DNA of 52,566 nt from Candidatus Saccharimonadota bacterium (GCA_030528995.1 JAUMXR010000002.1:1-52566), one strand, 5' to 3'. Positions 19,741 to 29,999 are shown, counted from the stretch's first letter. Numbers and translations are program-made. Notes: generated by a model not told the origin, from the sequence alone.

Positions 19741-20475
19741 TTACAAATCTAGGTTTTTACTAATTCTCTCGCCCCTCCTCCCCACAAACTCCACTTCCCT
19801 CTCCAAAAACTCCAAATACCCCTCCACCGTCTGCGGAATCGGATTATCCGAAAAATCTTTCCACCCGTCCCAAAACCTCACAGCAGAATAATCCTCACTC
19901 ACCAAATCCTGCAACAAGAAAAAATCCACATACCCCCTAAAATCCCCAAACAAATCAAAAAACGCACTATCCGAGCAAAGCACCTCATATAGCGGGCTAG
20001 AAGCACCCGCATAATACCGCCGAATGCATTCCAACGTCAAATCAAACCTATCACAAATCAAAGGATTCACCCCACGCGCCTGGTTAATGCTCCTCGCATG
20101 CTTCGGAAAGATAATCTCCCCACCAATCGTATAAGTTTTATGCAAGAAATCCTCCACAAATCCCCGATAATCATCCATCGATTCGGCCACCTGCTCCAGC
20201 AAAGCCCTCTGCCTCTTATACCGAAAGCTCGTAATGAACGAATCGCTCCCAAATCGAAACCCATTCCATGACAAACTCCCATTCTCGCCGAGCGCCAGCT
20301 CCATCTTTTCCCCATTCGGCAACTCCTTACTCCATAGCTCCTGATTATACCTCTGCAAAACTACACTCGCCGAATCCGGATCAGAACCCCCTCCGCCCAA
20401 TCCATCATTATTCTCCCAAAACCTATCCCAATACCCCGGCGAATCGGAAGTAAAATCAAACTTCACATTTATCAT
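19741..20475 (-). CDS. DUF6994-like protein
   Basis: DPDSAS...LWSKELPNG, TIGGEIIFP, SINQARG, DRFDLTLECIRRYY and FFLLQDLV motifs. Confidence 0.7.
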   Translation of the reverse strand: MINVKFDFTSDSPGYWDRFWENNDGLGGGGSDPDSASVVLQRYNQELWSKELPNGEKMELALGENGSLSWNGFRFGSDSFITSFRYKRQRALLEQVAESMDDYRGFVEDFLHKTYTIGGEIIFPKHARSINQARGVNPLICDRFDLTLECIRRYYAGASSPLYEVLCSDSAFFDLFGDFRGYVDFFLLQDLVSEDYSAVRFWDGWKDFSDNPIPQTVEGYLEFLEREVEFVGRRGERISKNLDL

Positions 20476-20478
20476 TTT

Positions 20479-20790
20479 TCATTCTTTCCTTGCTTGCACT
20501 ATTCCTTCTACGGTCGCCGTTACAATTTTCCCCAGCTTCTCAGCATCATCCACCTCATCCACCAAATACATCGGCGTCTTGGCTCCCTCATATGGCAGCA
20601 CCTCACTCATCCCAAAACCATCGTTGACCCCAACCACCTTTTTCAAAAGTAATCTATCATCATAAATCCCGCCAAATAACACCCCATCCGCATACAATAA
20701 AAACTCCCCCATCATCGAACGACAAGACACCCCTGGCACTCCAGAAAGTTGTCCTAAGATATAATCACGGAACTCTTTACTGCTCGCCAC
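20479..20790 (-). CDS. TfoX N-terminal domain protein
   Basis: RSMMGEFLLYADGVLFGGIYDDRLLLK and PYEGAK motifs. Confidence 0.85.
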   Translation of the reverse strand: MASSKEFRDYILGQLSGVPGVSCRSMMGEFLLYADGVLFGGIYDDRLLLKKVVGVNDGFGMSEVLPYEGAKTPMYLVDEVDDAEKLGKIVTATVEGIVQARKE

Positions 20791-20791
20791 C

Positions 20792-21049
20792 CTAATCCTT
20801 CTTCCACCTCTTCAGCGTCGGGAACACCTTCGTACAATACTCCTTCATCTGCTCATTTGTCATCCCCGCCTGCTCACCAAACTGCGAGCATTTCTCAATA
20901 TATTCCTCCATCGTACACTTATCCAAAAACTCACCCTTATCATAACACCACTTACAATAATCCTTATTCACACTCCCATCCGCATTCGTACCGAACATAT
21001 CGTCCGACGTTAGTGGCATCGCGCAACTTTGACAAATAGCTTGTTCCAT
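20792..21049 (-). CDS. putative zinc-ribbon protein (Zn_ribbon_2 type)
   Basis: CQSCAMPL...GTNADGS..DYCKWCY..GEF...LKRW. Confidence 0.85.
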   Translation of the reverse strand: MEQAICQSCAMPLTSDDMFGTNADGSVNKDYCKWCYDKGEFLDKCTMEEYIEKCSQFGEQAGMTNEQMKEYCTKVFPTLKRWKKD

Positions 21050-21117
21050 ATAATCCTTTCTTTCTTTATTACCATTATATCATCACAATATAGCACAAAT
21101 TGTAATATAATAATTAC

Positions 21118-21750
21118 ATGGACAAAAAGATTATCGCTATAATCTTAATCATTTCCGGACTCCTCGCAATCACTGCAGGAGCAATTTTATTATTTACCGG
21201 AAAGCCTAAAGATGATAGCTTAGATCAATCAAATCGATCAACTAAAACGGAGGAAACTACAACCATGAATAGCAACAAAACACTCGTCATCTACTTCTCA
21301 GCCCAAAATCACACTAGGAGCGTCGCAACTAGAATCGCGGCAAACTTAAACGCCGATATCTTCGAAATCGAACCAGCCGAACCCTACACCGAAGAAGATC
21401 TCGACTGGACCGCTTCCGACTCACGTGTTTCCAGGGAACACGACGACGCATCTCTCCAAGACGTCGCTCTTAAAACCACAGCCGTTCCCAATTGGGATTC
21501 ATACGACACCGTCCTCATCGGCTACCCAATCTGGTGGGGTCTCTCCGCTTGGCCAGTCGATTCTTTCGTCAAGCAAACCGACTTCACTGGCAAGACAGTT
21601 ATTCCCTTCTGCACCTCTCACTCCTCCGGCCTAGGTAGCAGTGACACCAACTTACACTCCAAAACCACTACTGGCAATTGGCAACCTGGCCACCGCTTCT
21701 CCCAGGACGCCACCGATGCCGACGTTAAAGAATGGACCGATAGCCTATGA
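21118..21750 (+). CDS. flavodoxin (Flavodoxin_4 type) with N-terminal membrane anchor
   Basis: VIYFSAQNHT, IGYPIWW and PFCTSHSSG motifs; hydrophobic N-terminus. Confidence 0.88.
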   Translation: MDKKIIAIILIISGLLAITAGAILLFTGKPKDDSLDQSNRSTKTEETTTMNSNKTLVIYFSAQNHTRSVATRIAANLNADIFEIEPAEPYTEEDLDWTASDSRVSREHDDASLQDVALKTTAVPNWDSYDTVLIGYPIWWGLSAWPVDSFVKQTDFTGKTVIPFCTSHSSGLGSSDTNLHSKTTTGNWQPGHRFSQDATDADVKEWTDSL

Positions 21751-22037
21751 GCCTCATCGTTAATATCTACTATACCGGCGAGAACGGCAACGCCAGGAAA
21801 TTCGCCGAAGAAATGGTGAGTAGTGGCGTCGTCGACCAAATCCGAGATGAAGTTGGCAACGAAAGATATGATTACTTCTTCCCAATGGACGACCCAGAGA
21901 CTGTCCTTCTTATCGACAAATGGACCGACCAATCCGCCCTTGATGCCCACCACCAAACCCCCATGATGGAGAAAATCGCCACTCTCCGCGACAAATACCA
22001 CCTACGCATGCGTGTCGAAAAATTCTTTTCAGTTTAG
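21747..22037 (+). CDS. antibiotic biosynthesis monooxygenase (ABM) family protein
   Basis: IRDEVGNERYDYF and LLIDKWTDQSALDAHHQTP motifs. ATGA overlap with the flavodoxin gene. Confidence 0.85.
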   Translation: MSLIVNIYYTGENGNARKFAEEMVSSGVVDQIRDEVGNERYDYFFPMDDPETVLLIDKWTDQSALDAHHQTPMMEKIATLRDKYHLRMRVEKFFSV

Positions 22038-22091
22038 TTTCAGCAATCACAATTATAATAATCATATAATAATTACGAAGGAGCACAAACT

Positions 22092-22463
22092 ATGGAAAAC
22101 GAAGAACCTATGAAAAAAGATACCACCAAGGAAAAGATTATTCTTTTCGTCATTGGCGTTTTAACTGGCGCAGTAATTTCGACCAGCGCATTTTTCGCCT
22201 ATATTAAGCTTGCCGGAGTTGGGGTGAATAGCGGCAATCAATCAATGCAAATGCCAGGCGGCACCCCACCCGAAATGCCGAGTAACAGCCAAGGCGGCAC
22301 TCCACCCGAAATGCCTAACGGAGACCAGGAAGGCACCCCACCGGAAATGCCAAGTGGCGAAAACAATTCTGGCAATACCGAAAATCAAGACGACCAAAAT
22401 AATCAAGGCGGTACTTCGCGCTCTAAATCCAAAAATAATAAAACTCAAAGCACTAATAGTTAG
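22092..22463 (+). CDS. membrane-anchored protein with GTPPEMP repeats
   Basis: One TM helix followed by low-complexity repeats; AAGGAG SD. Confidence 0.75.
   Translation: MENEEPMKKDTTKEKIILFVIGVLTGAVISTSAFFAYIKLAGVGVNSGNQSMQMPGGTPPEMPSNSQGGTPPEMPNGDQEGTPPEMPSGENNSGNTENQDDQNNQGGTSRSKSKNNKTQSTNS
22260..22355 (+). repeat. three 36-bp tandem units encoding GTPPEMP
   Basis: GGCACYCCACCSGAAATGCC at 22260, 22296 and 22332. Confidence 0.8.
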
Positions 22464-22471
22464 GAGCAATA

Positions 22472-23809
22472 ATGAATAAGAAACAAATTATTACGTATTC
22501 TTCCATTATCGCTGCCTTAGTAATAACTCTAGGCGCATTATGGGCGTTAATCATCACCACGGTTAATACTGACGGCAACGTAGCCAACGGTCCCAACCAG
22601 TCGATGAGCGCGAATACTTCTACTGCAACCTATTCTGCCACCAAAACAATCACCGAAAACGAGACCATCACCACCGGCGAATTCACTTCTACCAACGCTG
22701 ACGAGAACGCTATTCTCGCCACCGGCAGCATCACTGCCAACCTCTCAAACATCACCGTCACCAAAACCGGTGACTCCGATGGTGGTGACAATACCAGTTT
22801 CTATGGTACCAACTCTGCCATCTTAGCGAGTACAGGCGCCACATTAAACATCAAGAACGCCCAAATCACCACCAACGCCACCGGCGCCAACGGCGTCTTC
22901 AGCTATGGCGGTTCTGCTACTACAAATAATAGCAATTCCGATGGTACCACAGTTAATATTTCCGACTCTACCATCGAAACCACCAAGGACAACTCCGGTG
23001 GCATTATGACCACTGGCGGCGGCACTATGAATGCTACCAATCTTACCATCACCACCGCCGGCACTTCTAGCGCCGCTATCCGCTCCGACCGCGGCGGTGG
23101 CACTGTCACCGTTGACCAAGGCACCTACAAAACCACCGGCAAAGGTTCCCCCGCTATTTATTCTACGGCTGACATTACCGTGAAAAACGCCAACCTCATT
23201 GCCACCGCCTCCGAAGGTGTCGTCATCGAAGGCAAAAACAGTGTCACCCTCGAAAACACCACTTTAACCGACACCAATAATACTTTAAACGGTCAGTCCA
23301 CCACCTATAAAAACATCTTCCTCTACCAATCTATGTCGGGCGATGCGGCTAGTGGCCAAGCCGTCTTCACCGCAAAGAACTCCACCATCACGACCAATCA
23401 AGGCGACAGTTTTTATGTCACCAATACTACTGCCGAGATTAATCTAGAAAACAATCAAATCATTAATAATGACAGCACTGGCAACTTCCTCCGCATCCAA
23501 AAAGACTCTTGGGGCAACTCTGGCAGCAACGGCGGCACTGTGACGCTAAATCTTACCAACCAAAAAGCCACCGGCAACATCGTCGTCGATTCCATTTCTA
23601 GCCTCACCATGAATCTGACCAACAATTCTTCGTTCATAGGCGCCATCAATGGTAAAAATGCAGGCGAAGTCAGCCTCACGCTAGATAAAACCAGCACTCT
23701 CACCCTAACTGGTGATACTTACCTAAAGTCCCTCATCAATGCTGATACCGCAAATAGTAATATCAATCTAAACGGCCACAAGCTTTACGTCGACGGTGTC
23801 GAATTATAA
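22472..23809 (+). CDS. exported Thr/Asn-rich putative parallel beta-helix protein
   Basis: N-terminal TM helix; repetitive beta-strand/turn pattern (ITTNATGANGV, IETTKDNSGGI, ITTAGTSSAAI). Confidence 0.7.
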   Translation: MNKKQIITYSSIIAALVITLGALWALIITTVNTDGNVANGPNQSMSANTSTATYSATKTITENETITTGEFTSTNADENAILATGSITANLSNITVTKTGDSDGGDNTSFYGTNSAILASTGATLNIKNAQITTNATGANGVFSYGGSATTNNSNSDGTTVNISDSTIETTKDNSGGIMTTGGGTMNATNLTITTAGTSSAAIRSDRGGGTVTVDQGTYKTTGKGSPAIYSTADITVKNANLIATASEGVVIEGKNSVTLENTTLTDTNNTLNGQSTTYKNIFLYQSMSGDAASGQAVFTAKNSTITTNQGDSFYVTNTTAEINLENNQIINNDSTGNFLRIQKDSWGNSGSNGGTVTLNLTNQKATGNIVVDSISSLTMNLTNNSSFIGAINGKNAGEVSLTLDKTSTLTLTGDTYLKSLINADTANSNINLNGHKLYVDGVEL

Positions 23810-23869
23810 TAATACCTCGCACATTCAACCCACTTATGCTATAATAGATACATAGCTAAAGGAGTTGAG

Positions 23870-25684
23870 GTGCGAGTTATTAATTTTTTCGAAACTAAAC
23901 ATAAACAACTGTTATCTGTCATATCTGCTGGGTTAATTATTGTAGGTGTGTCCAGCCCATTTACGCATTACGCATCAGCCACCAGTATTCCAAACGAAAT
24001 TACCGTCACTTACCCATATTATGGCTTCGTAGAAAATCCAGATCACCCTTGGGAAACCGTCTTCGACGCCCTCGACGAAACTGGCACTATTAATTATAGC
24101 GATACTTATTTCGATGAACCTTCACCTGGCGACCACCCCAAGCTCCGCGCTGTGTCTTATGCTCTGGCTCTCGCCGGTTACGAAAACCAAGCCGATGGTT
24201 ACCCATTCGACCCGTCCACTCCTAACCCGAAGCTCTACAATCTCCTAAACCAACTCGGCTTCTCCGACCACGAAAGCTGGGATATCTCCTCCGAAGCAGA
24301 CGGCCACTCCATGGGCACCACCATCGCCTACAAAACTCTGCCGAGCGGCCAAGAACTTATCGTAGTAGCTCCCCGCAATTATAATTACATGACCGAATGG
24401 CTTTCCAATTTCAACGTCGGCACCGCTGGTGACCATGCTGGTTTCTCCGAATCCGCCAACCGCATCATCGACAGATTTAATCAATATGTTACCGACCACA
24501 ATTTCACTAACTATAAAACTTGGGCCGTCGGCTACTCTCGTGGTGGCGCTGTTATCGATCTCTTCGGCAAAGCCGTCAACGCCAATCTCGCCGATTATCA
24601 AATGTCGCCAGATGATTTTTATGTCTATACATTTGGTGCTCCAAGGGCTAGCACCGTAGTGACTAACTGCACCAACATCCATGACGTTAAAGATGGTAAT
24701 GACTTATTACTCGGTTATGTTTTCCCAGAACTTTGGGGTTTTTATAACACTGGCACCTACGAAGAAATCCATCCAGCCGACCTCGACATCACCACTTCCA
24801 TGGTTAGCATTGCTGACCTCGCTGACCCAGCTAGAGCTATCAATGTCCTCTCAGACAATGTCAGTCTCACCGAAGATGTCACTACTATGAACGGTCGCGA
24901 TTTTATGGATGATTGGTTCCAATTTGTCACCGACCACGGCCTCACTCGCGAATATTTCGACACAACCGTCAAAGCGCCTCTTTCCGCCATCATGAAAATT
25001 TATCAAATGCGCACCATCGACCGTCAATCTGAACTAACGGATTTCATCAAAAACACGGACGGCGGTCTCGCTGGTATGGTCGCAGGTAACGCTCTTATGG
25101 ATCTCATGATGGGCGGTTATGGCACGGATATAGAATCATCCCTCGCCAACTTCCCTGTCTACCAAGACCTCGTCAAAATCTTAAAAGGTACTGCTACCGA
25201 CGCCGATGTTGATGAATTATTAACAAAGCTAACTACTTACATGGGTAACTACGGCGATTACGAAGCCATGTTTGGCGAAACCCCATCCATCACTGAAGAC
25301 GAATTCAACGTCATCAAGACCAACCTCCCCGAGCTAGTCAGAGCCTTAGCGCCAATCCTCATCGCAGATGCGAAGTATACTCAAGAAACCTTCGGAGAAG
25401 ATTACACTCTATATTACACTTATAGCATAGGAAAGAACGCCGAAAAACTTGTCATTGGCCACATTCCCGAGAGTATCATGCCAATCCTGAAAAGCCTCAT
25501 CCCGGAAGACGACATAGATGTCCCAAATAGTGGCGTAGGTGGTCGTATCGACTCCATCGGCGCAACGGTTACCTCCACGGGCATCTTCGGTGAATCTGTT
25601 ATTGCATCATTGTTTGGAGCTATTCTTTCCGTCGTCTTTCTCGGCTGCAAAGTTGGCCAACGTAAATCTCAACCTGTGCTATAA
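23870..25684 (+). CDS. secreted lipase-3-like alpha/beta hydrolase with C-terminal anchor
   Basis: Signal peptide; EWLSNF, HAGF, GYSRGGA nucleophile elbow and YTFGAP motifs; C-terminal VPNSG followed by a TM segment. Confidence 0.75.
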   Translation: MRVINFFETKHKQLLSVISAGLIIVGVSSPFTHYASATSIPNEITVTYPYYGFVENPDHPWETVFDALDETGTINYSDTYFDEPSPGDHPKLRAVSYALALAGYENQADGYPFDPSTPNPKLYNLLNQLGFSDHESWDISSEADGHSMGTTIAYKTLPSGQELIVVAPRNYNYMTEWLSNFNVGTAGDHAGFSESANRIIDRFNQYVTDHNFTNYKTWAVGYSRGGAVIDLFGKAVNANLADYQMSPDDFYVYTFGAPRASTVVTNCTNIHDVKDGNDLLLGYVFPELWGFYNTGTYEEIHPADLDITTSMVSIADLADPARAINVLSDNVSLTEDVTTMNGRDFMDDWFQFVTDHGLTREYFDTTVKAPLSAIMKIYQMRTIDRQSELTDFIKNTDGGLAGMVAGNALMDLMMGGYGTDIESSLANFPVYQDLVKILKGTATDADVDELLTKLTTYMGNYGDYEAMFGETPSITEDEFNVIKTNLPELVRALAPILIADAKYTQETFGEDYTLYYTYSIGKNAEKLVIGHIPESIMPILKSLIPEDDIDVPNSGVGGRIDSIGATVTSTGIFGESVIASLFGAILSVVFLGCKVGQRKSQPVL

Positions 25685-25707
25685 TTACTCCAAAGGAGTA
25701 TTATAAA

Positions 25708-26418
25708 ATGAAACAAATCAAACCAATCATCTGGGGCATCGCTATCATCGCCCTAGGTATTATCTTTGGCGGCAACGCCCTTGGGTGGTTCAGCCTCGAC
25801 ATTTTCTTCGACGGCTGGTGGACCCTCTTTATCATCATACCAGGCATCGTCAGCCTTATCACTGACAAGGACAAAATTATGAGCCTTGGCTTTATCGCTG
25901 TCGGCGTCATCCTGTTACTCGCAGCTCAAGATGTGTTTTCATATGATGTCGCCTGGAAAGTTATCCTCGCCGTCTTCCTCGTTGCCGTTGGTCTTTCCAT
26001 CATTGTTAGAAGTCTCTTTCATCGCAAAAATGACCAAGAAGTCGCGAAAAAAGTCGCCGAAGCCGAAAAAGACGGCAAAAACATGGATTCCCAGTTTGCC
26101 GCTTTCTCTGGTACTGACCGCGTCTACAAAGACGAAGTCTTCAATGGTTCCAATGTTGCTGCCATCTTCGGCGGGGTCAAGTTAGATCTCCGCCACGCCA
26201 AATTCGAAAAAGATACCGTCATCAAAGCCTTTGCTCTCTTCGGCGGTATCGACATTATCGTTCCGGCCGACGTCAAAGTCAAACTAAAATCCGGCTTCAT
26301 CTTCGGCGGCTTCTCCGATGACCGCAAAAACCCTTCTGACAAAGGTAAATACACCATTTATATCGACGCAGCCGGCGGCTTTGGTGGCATCACCATCTCT
26401 GACAAAGACGACAAATAA
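25708..26418 (+). CDS. LiaF/DUF2154-like cell-envelope stress membrane protein
   Basis: Four N-terminal TM helices; AIFGGVKLDLR, ALFGGIDIIVP and FIFGG repeats. Confidence 0.8.
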   Translation: MKQIKPIIWGIAIIALGIIFGGNALGWFSLDIFFDGWWTLFIIIPGIVSLITDKDKIMSLGFIAVGVILLLAAQDVFSYDVAWKVILAVFLVAVGLSIIVRSLFHRKNDQEVAKKVAEAEKDGKNMDSQFAAFSGTDRVYKDEVFNGSNVAAIFGGVKLDLRHAKFEKDTVIKAFALFGGIDIIVPADVKVKLKSGFIFGGFSDDRKNPSDKGKYTIYIDAAGGFGGITISDKDDK

Positions 26419-26422
26419 TTGA

Positions 26423-26719
26423 CTAAGCTTTTAATCCTTCGCAAGTCTTCTCGACAATCTCCGCCAGTTTTTCCCTATCATCCACATCCTCCACCAAATA
26501 CATCACTTTCCCGCCCTCGTACGGAATAGCCTCGCTCATCCCAAACTCATCATTAAACCCACGCACAATTTTTACTAGCAATCTATCATCATAAATCCCG
26601 CCAAACAATACGCCATCTGCATACAGCAAAAACTCTCCCATCATCGACCTACAGCTCACATTATTTATCAGTGACAATTGCTCTAATGTATAATATCTAT
26701 ACTCTTTCGTGCTCGCCAT
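26423..26719 (-). CDS. TfoX N-terminal domain protein (second copy)
   Basis: RSMMGEFLLYADGVLFGGIYDDRLL is identical to the 20479 copy. Confidence 0.85.
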   Translation of the reverse strand: MASTKEYRYYTLEQLSLINNVSCRSMMGEFLLYADGVLFGGIYDDRLLVKIVRGFNDEFGMSEAIPYEGGKVMYLVEDVDDREKLAEIVEKTCEGLKA

Positions 26720-26725
26720 TACGCC

Positions 26726-27295
26726 TTAACCTCGTTTTTTCAACCACTTCGCTACATCATGAATTGCATTACCATAAAACATTGCCTTCTTCACAGGGTC
26801 TTCATCGCCAATCTCGGCCAAAGTTTTTGTCTCGCCGTCCGGCACGAAAAAGAAATCGTGCCACCGCCCGTCATTGCCACGCGCTTCACTAGTAATCGTC
26901 CCGTAAGTCTCTCCGCTAAAAATCACTGGTTCCTCCCCCGGCTCACAATACGCAAAACAATGCTCAAGTCTCGCCTTGCGGTTTCTCTCGCCCTTTATCA
27001 TTTTCAAAAACTTCTCCGTACCAATTTGCTTATCAAAATATGCATTATATGGGCCAGGCAAGCCGCCCAGCATTTCCAAATACAGCCCCGTATCGGATTT
27101 TAGACATGGCTTGCCCAACTTGTCCGCCGCATAACGTGCCGAAAACCCAGCCACTTCCGCGCAAGTCTTAGCTTGTATCTCGTAAATCTCAAAATCCGGA
27201 TTAACCGCTTCAATATCAATTCCATATTTATCGCGAAGTACGAGCTCCGCCTCACGAATTTTCCATTTATTCGTGGTTAGATATATTAGTTCCAT
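26726..27295 (-). CDS. Ham1/RdgB family non-canonical purine NTP pyrophosphatase
   Basis: LTTNKWKIRE, EIQ, SDTGLYLEMLGGLPGPY and FVPDGETKTLAE motifs. Confidence 0.85.
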   Translation of the reverse strand: MELIYLTTNKWKIREAELVLRDKYGIDIEAVNPDFEIYEIQAKTCAEVAGFSARYAADKLGKPCLKSDTGLYLEMLGGLPGPYNAYFDKQIGTEKFLKMIKGERNRKARLEHCFAYCEPGEEPVIFSGETYGTITSEARGNDGRWHDFFFVPDGETKTLAEIGDEDPVKKAMFYGNAIHDVAKWLKKRG

Positions 27296-27305
27296 TTTAT
27301 TCCTT

Positions 27306-27866
27306 TCAACTAAAAACTTTAATTTTGTCTGCTATTCCAGCTTCCTCAGCCAACTTTACGAACTCATCTACAGTTGCTAGCTCTGGATAGCCAGACTCAG
27401 GAGTCCGATAATGCATTGGTATAATACATTTCGGCCGGCAAGCTTCACAAATCTTTACAGCCATTTCAGCATCAATCGTATAATACCCGCCTACTGGTAT
27501 CAGCAGATAATCCGCATTTGAAATCGCCTCCAGTTGTTCATCATTCGGGAAATGCCCCAAATCGCCTAGATGTACTAGTTTTTCGCCCGTAGCGGATGTA
27601 ATCACAAAAATCGTATTCGGCCCCCGGAGAGTCCCGCCCTTATCATCATGAAAGCTCGGCGCCTCACGAATTTCAAAATCACAAGCGCCGTCGACTAACT
27701 CTACGCATTCCCTGCCACTGTGGTCAGCATGCTCATGCGAACAAATCACTTTTACTGCCGTTGCTCGTAGCGGCGCTAATCCAGGCACCGACCCGTCTTT
27801 ATAAGGGTCAATCACAAGCGCCTCGTCTAGCCTAAAACACGAATGACCCAAATATTCAATCTTCAT
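27306..27866 (-). CDS. MBL-fold metallo-hydrolase
   Basis: LGHSCF, SHEHADH, HLGDLG and IPMHY motifs. Confidence 0.9.
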   Translation of the reverse strand: MKIEYLGHSCFRLDEALVIDPYKDGSVPGLAPLRATAVKVICSHEHADHSGRECVELVDGACDFEIREAPSFHDDKGGTLRGPNTIFVITSATGEKLVHLGDLGHFPNDEQLEAISNADYLLIPVGGYYTIDAEMAVKICEACRPKCIIPMHYRTPESGYPELATVDEFVKLAEEAGIADKIKVFS

Positions 27867-28510
27867 TTTTTTGTCCTTTTCTTGTTATGTTCTTTCATGA
27901 TGCGACGAAACTCGTTAGGGTCGCGTGTTATTCTCTCGGTCTCCACTAAAACATTTGCAAAATCTGGGTCATCAAAATACATCGTTTTTGCTGCGTAACC
28001 GTCTGGTGAATATTTTCTTCTCAGATGAAAGCGAGCTTCTTCGATTACTTCATCTTCCGTCATTTCCGGATGAAGATGTTTAGTGTAATCAAATACCCGA
28101 CTCAGCATCATTTCTATACTCGTGTTGCGATCGGCGGAAGATACCAGTTTGCCATAAATACTGCGCGGTTCATGGCCAAGTGAAGCACGATGATCCTCAA
28201 CGGCCTCCGCCATCGTTTCAATTTCTTTCTTGGTAAAATGTTTTGCTAAAAATTCGTCCGCTCTTAGCATTTTTGCCGACTCAATATTATGCGTCTTGTT
28301 GTCGACCAGTCTTCCTAAGTCATGATATGCTGCTATCACATAGACCATATTGATATTTAACTCGGGTTTTTGTTCATAAAAGTGCAAACTTCGTTTAATT
28401 ACCTGGTGAATATGTTTATCGGTATGGCCACCAATGCTATTGTATTGAGGTAGAATTTTTGTCTCAATATAATCTATTATCTCCGGGTCGACCGCTCGTT
28501 TGTTGGCCAT
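27863..28510 (-). CDS. HD-domain phosphohydrolase
   Basis: GHTDKH, AAYHDLG, HNIESA, EDHRAS and SSADR motifs. Start placed at ATG 28510, coupled to the upstream stop. Confidence 0.85.
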   Translation of the reverse strand: MANKRAVDPEIIDYIETKILPQYNSIGGHTDKHIHQVIKRSLHFYEQKPELNINMVYVIAAYHDLGRLVDNKTHNIESAKMLRADEFLAKHFTKKEIETMAEAVEDHRASLGHEPRSIYGKLVSSADRNTSIEMMLSRVFDYTKHLHPEMTEDEVIEEARFHLRRKYSPDGYAAKTMYFDDPDFANVLVETERITRDPNEFRRIMKEHNKKRTKK

Positions 28511-28749
28511 TATTCTACCCCTTCCACTAACTCGAAACGCCACTTTTGCTTTACATCGGGATACTTTTCGGTGTCAACTGGGCTCAAAAACATCGACAAA
28601 GGCCTTGCATACAGTGCCCTATCTCCATAAAGTGCTCGATATATCACGAGTTTCTCGTTCGTTTCCGAATCGATTGCCTCATCCTCTACCACATACGAAT
28701 TCCCCTTAAAATGTCGATATGTCCCATTGATTACTAGTTTTCTATCCAT
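28510..28749 (-). CDS. DUF1653 family protein
   Basis: GTYRHFKG, SETNEKLVIYRALY, ARPLSMF and RF motifs; AAGGAGG SD. Confidence 0.9.
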   Translation of the reverse strand: MDRKLVINGTYRHFKGNSYVVEDEAIDSETNEKLVIYRALYGDRALYARPLSMFLSPVDTEKYPDVKQKWRFELVEGVE

Positions 28750-28779
28750 ATTACCTCCTTTGTACGCCTGAAGCTGTAA

Positions 28780-29475
28780 TCATTTTCTCATCGCCTTCAG
28801 CATTTCCTTTGCCTCCGGTCCCACCCGAAATGAATCACAAGCCTTGGATATAGTTTTATTATAAGTCCATTTTGGCATTTTAGAAACCCTTAGATATGCC
28901 AAAGTTTCCTCCGGATACTTGATAAAACATTCAGCTACTAACCACGCAATCGCCATCCGAATATAGTATTCTTTTCGGCCTGCCAACTTTTCCACTCGGT
29001 CAAAAATCACTGCGAGATAATCAAAATCTAAATAGTAACTTTTCAGTAGCACCAACCCCACTCTCACCGCAAATTCCCGTTTGTCTTCCAGCAACGGTTC
29101 AACCTTCCGTTCAAAAAATACTTCGCGCCGAGTTTTAATTTGTTTCTTTAGCCCAGAGCAAAACACATCGCAGGTGCACCAGTTATCAATATAACCGATT
29201 TGCGAATCAAACCATTCCATCATCTCATCGTATGGTAGTCGCGCAATCAGCATTCCTCTCGCCAGTACTTCTTCAATCGCCACTGGCTTCACCGCCAAAA
29301 ACTCAGTAATTTTCTCATTTGGCACTTTCGCCGCTATCTCTCGAACCAAAGGAATCCTTACTCCGATAAAAGGCCTTTCGCTCGGAATCCCTTTCATCGT
29401 AAACTCACGATACTCATCCTCCGCCAAACTCGCTAGCGCCAATCTCATCTCCCGATAATCGTTTATCTGCTTCAT
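28780..29475 (-). CDS. DNA alkylation repair enzyme (AlkD-like)
   Basis: IGVRIP, IDNWCTCD and EYYIRMAIAWLVAE motifs. Start moved to ATG 29475 (TATAAT 6 nt upstream). Confidence 0.85.
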   Translation of the reverse strand: MKQINDYREMRLALASLAEDEYREFTMKGIPSERPFIGVRIPLVREIAAKVPNEKITEFLAVKPVAIEEVLARGMLIARLPYDEMMEWFDSQIGYIDNWCTCDVFCSGLKKQIKTRREVFFERKVEPLLEDKREFAVRVGLVLLKSYYLDFDYLAVIFDRVEKLAGRKEYYIRMAIAWLVAECFIKYPEETLAYLRVSKMPKWTYNKTISKACDSFRVGPEAKEMLKAMRK

Positions 29476-29493
29476 ATATCCATTATATAACAG

Positions 29494-29520
29494 AAAAAGC
29501 GAGACGTAGTCCGTCTCGCT
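29494..29520 (-). terminator. rho-independent terminator
   Basis: AGCGAGACG-TAGTC-CGTCTCGCT with a U-run on the minus strand. Confidence 0.65.
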
Positions 29521-29531
29521 AAAATAAGATT

Positions 29532-29825
29532 TTACCAAGCATTTTCTTTCAAATGATTGGCATCTCCGCGCTCAAACTGCAATGTTTTTTGTGCACGGGA
29601 TTGGGGCCAAATCTTTACCCCGTTGCGCTCAATACAAAGCAGCTTTCCTGCGCTCGCGAAATTGCTCTCAATTTGATCCCGGATGTCACCATCATCTATG
29701 TCGCCATTGTCCAATTTGAATTTGCACGGCGTCTCGAACCCAGGTCGCGTTTCTATCTGAAAAGTATATTGCCCCTCCCGGCGCATCAGCGAGATAATCT
29801 CGTTGGTTAATAATTTGTGGCCCAT
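29532..29825 (-). CDS. hypothetical protein
   Basis: 97 aa with an AGAAAGGAG SD, its own TATAAT box and a downstream terminator. Confidence 0.7.
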   Translation of the reverse strand: MGHKLLTNEIISLMRREGQYTFQIETRPGFETPCKFKLDNGDIDDGDIRDQIESNFASAGKLLCIERNGVKIWPQSRAQKTLQFERGDANHLKENAW

Positions 29826-29999
29826 AATTTTTCTGCTCCTTTCTAAAGTACAAAGCGGGAACCATCCCCGCTTTCATATCGAGTTGCTGATATTATAACA
29901 TACTTTTCGCCAATAATCAAATCAGCATTCATTCCGTAAACCACTTCGGATACTTCCCTACCGCTCTAGCTTTAAAAATGCTATAATAAAACTTACAAT

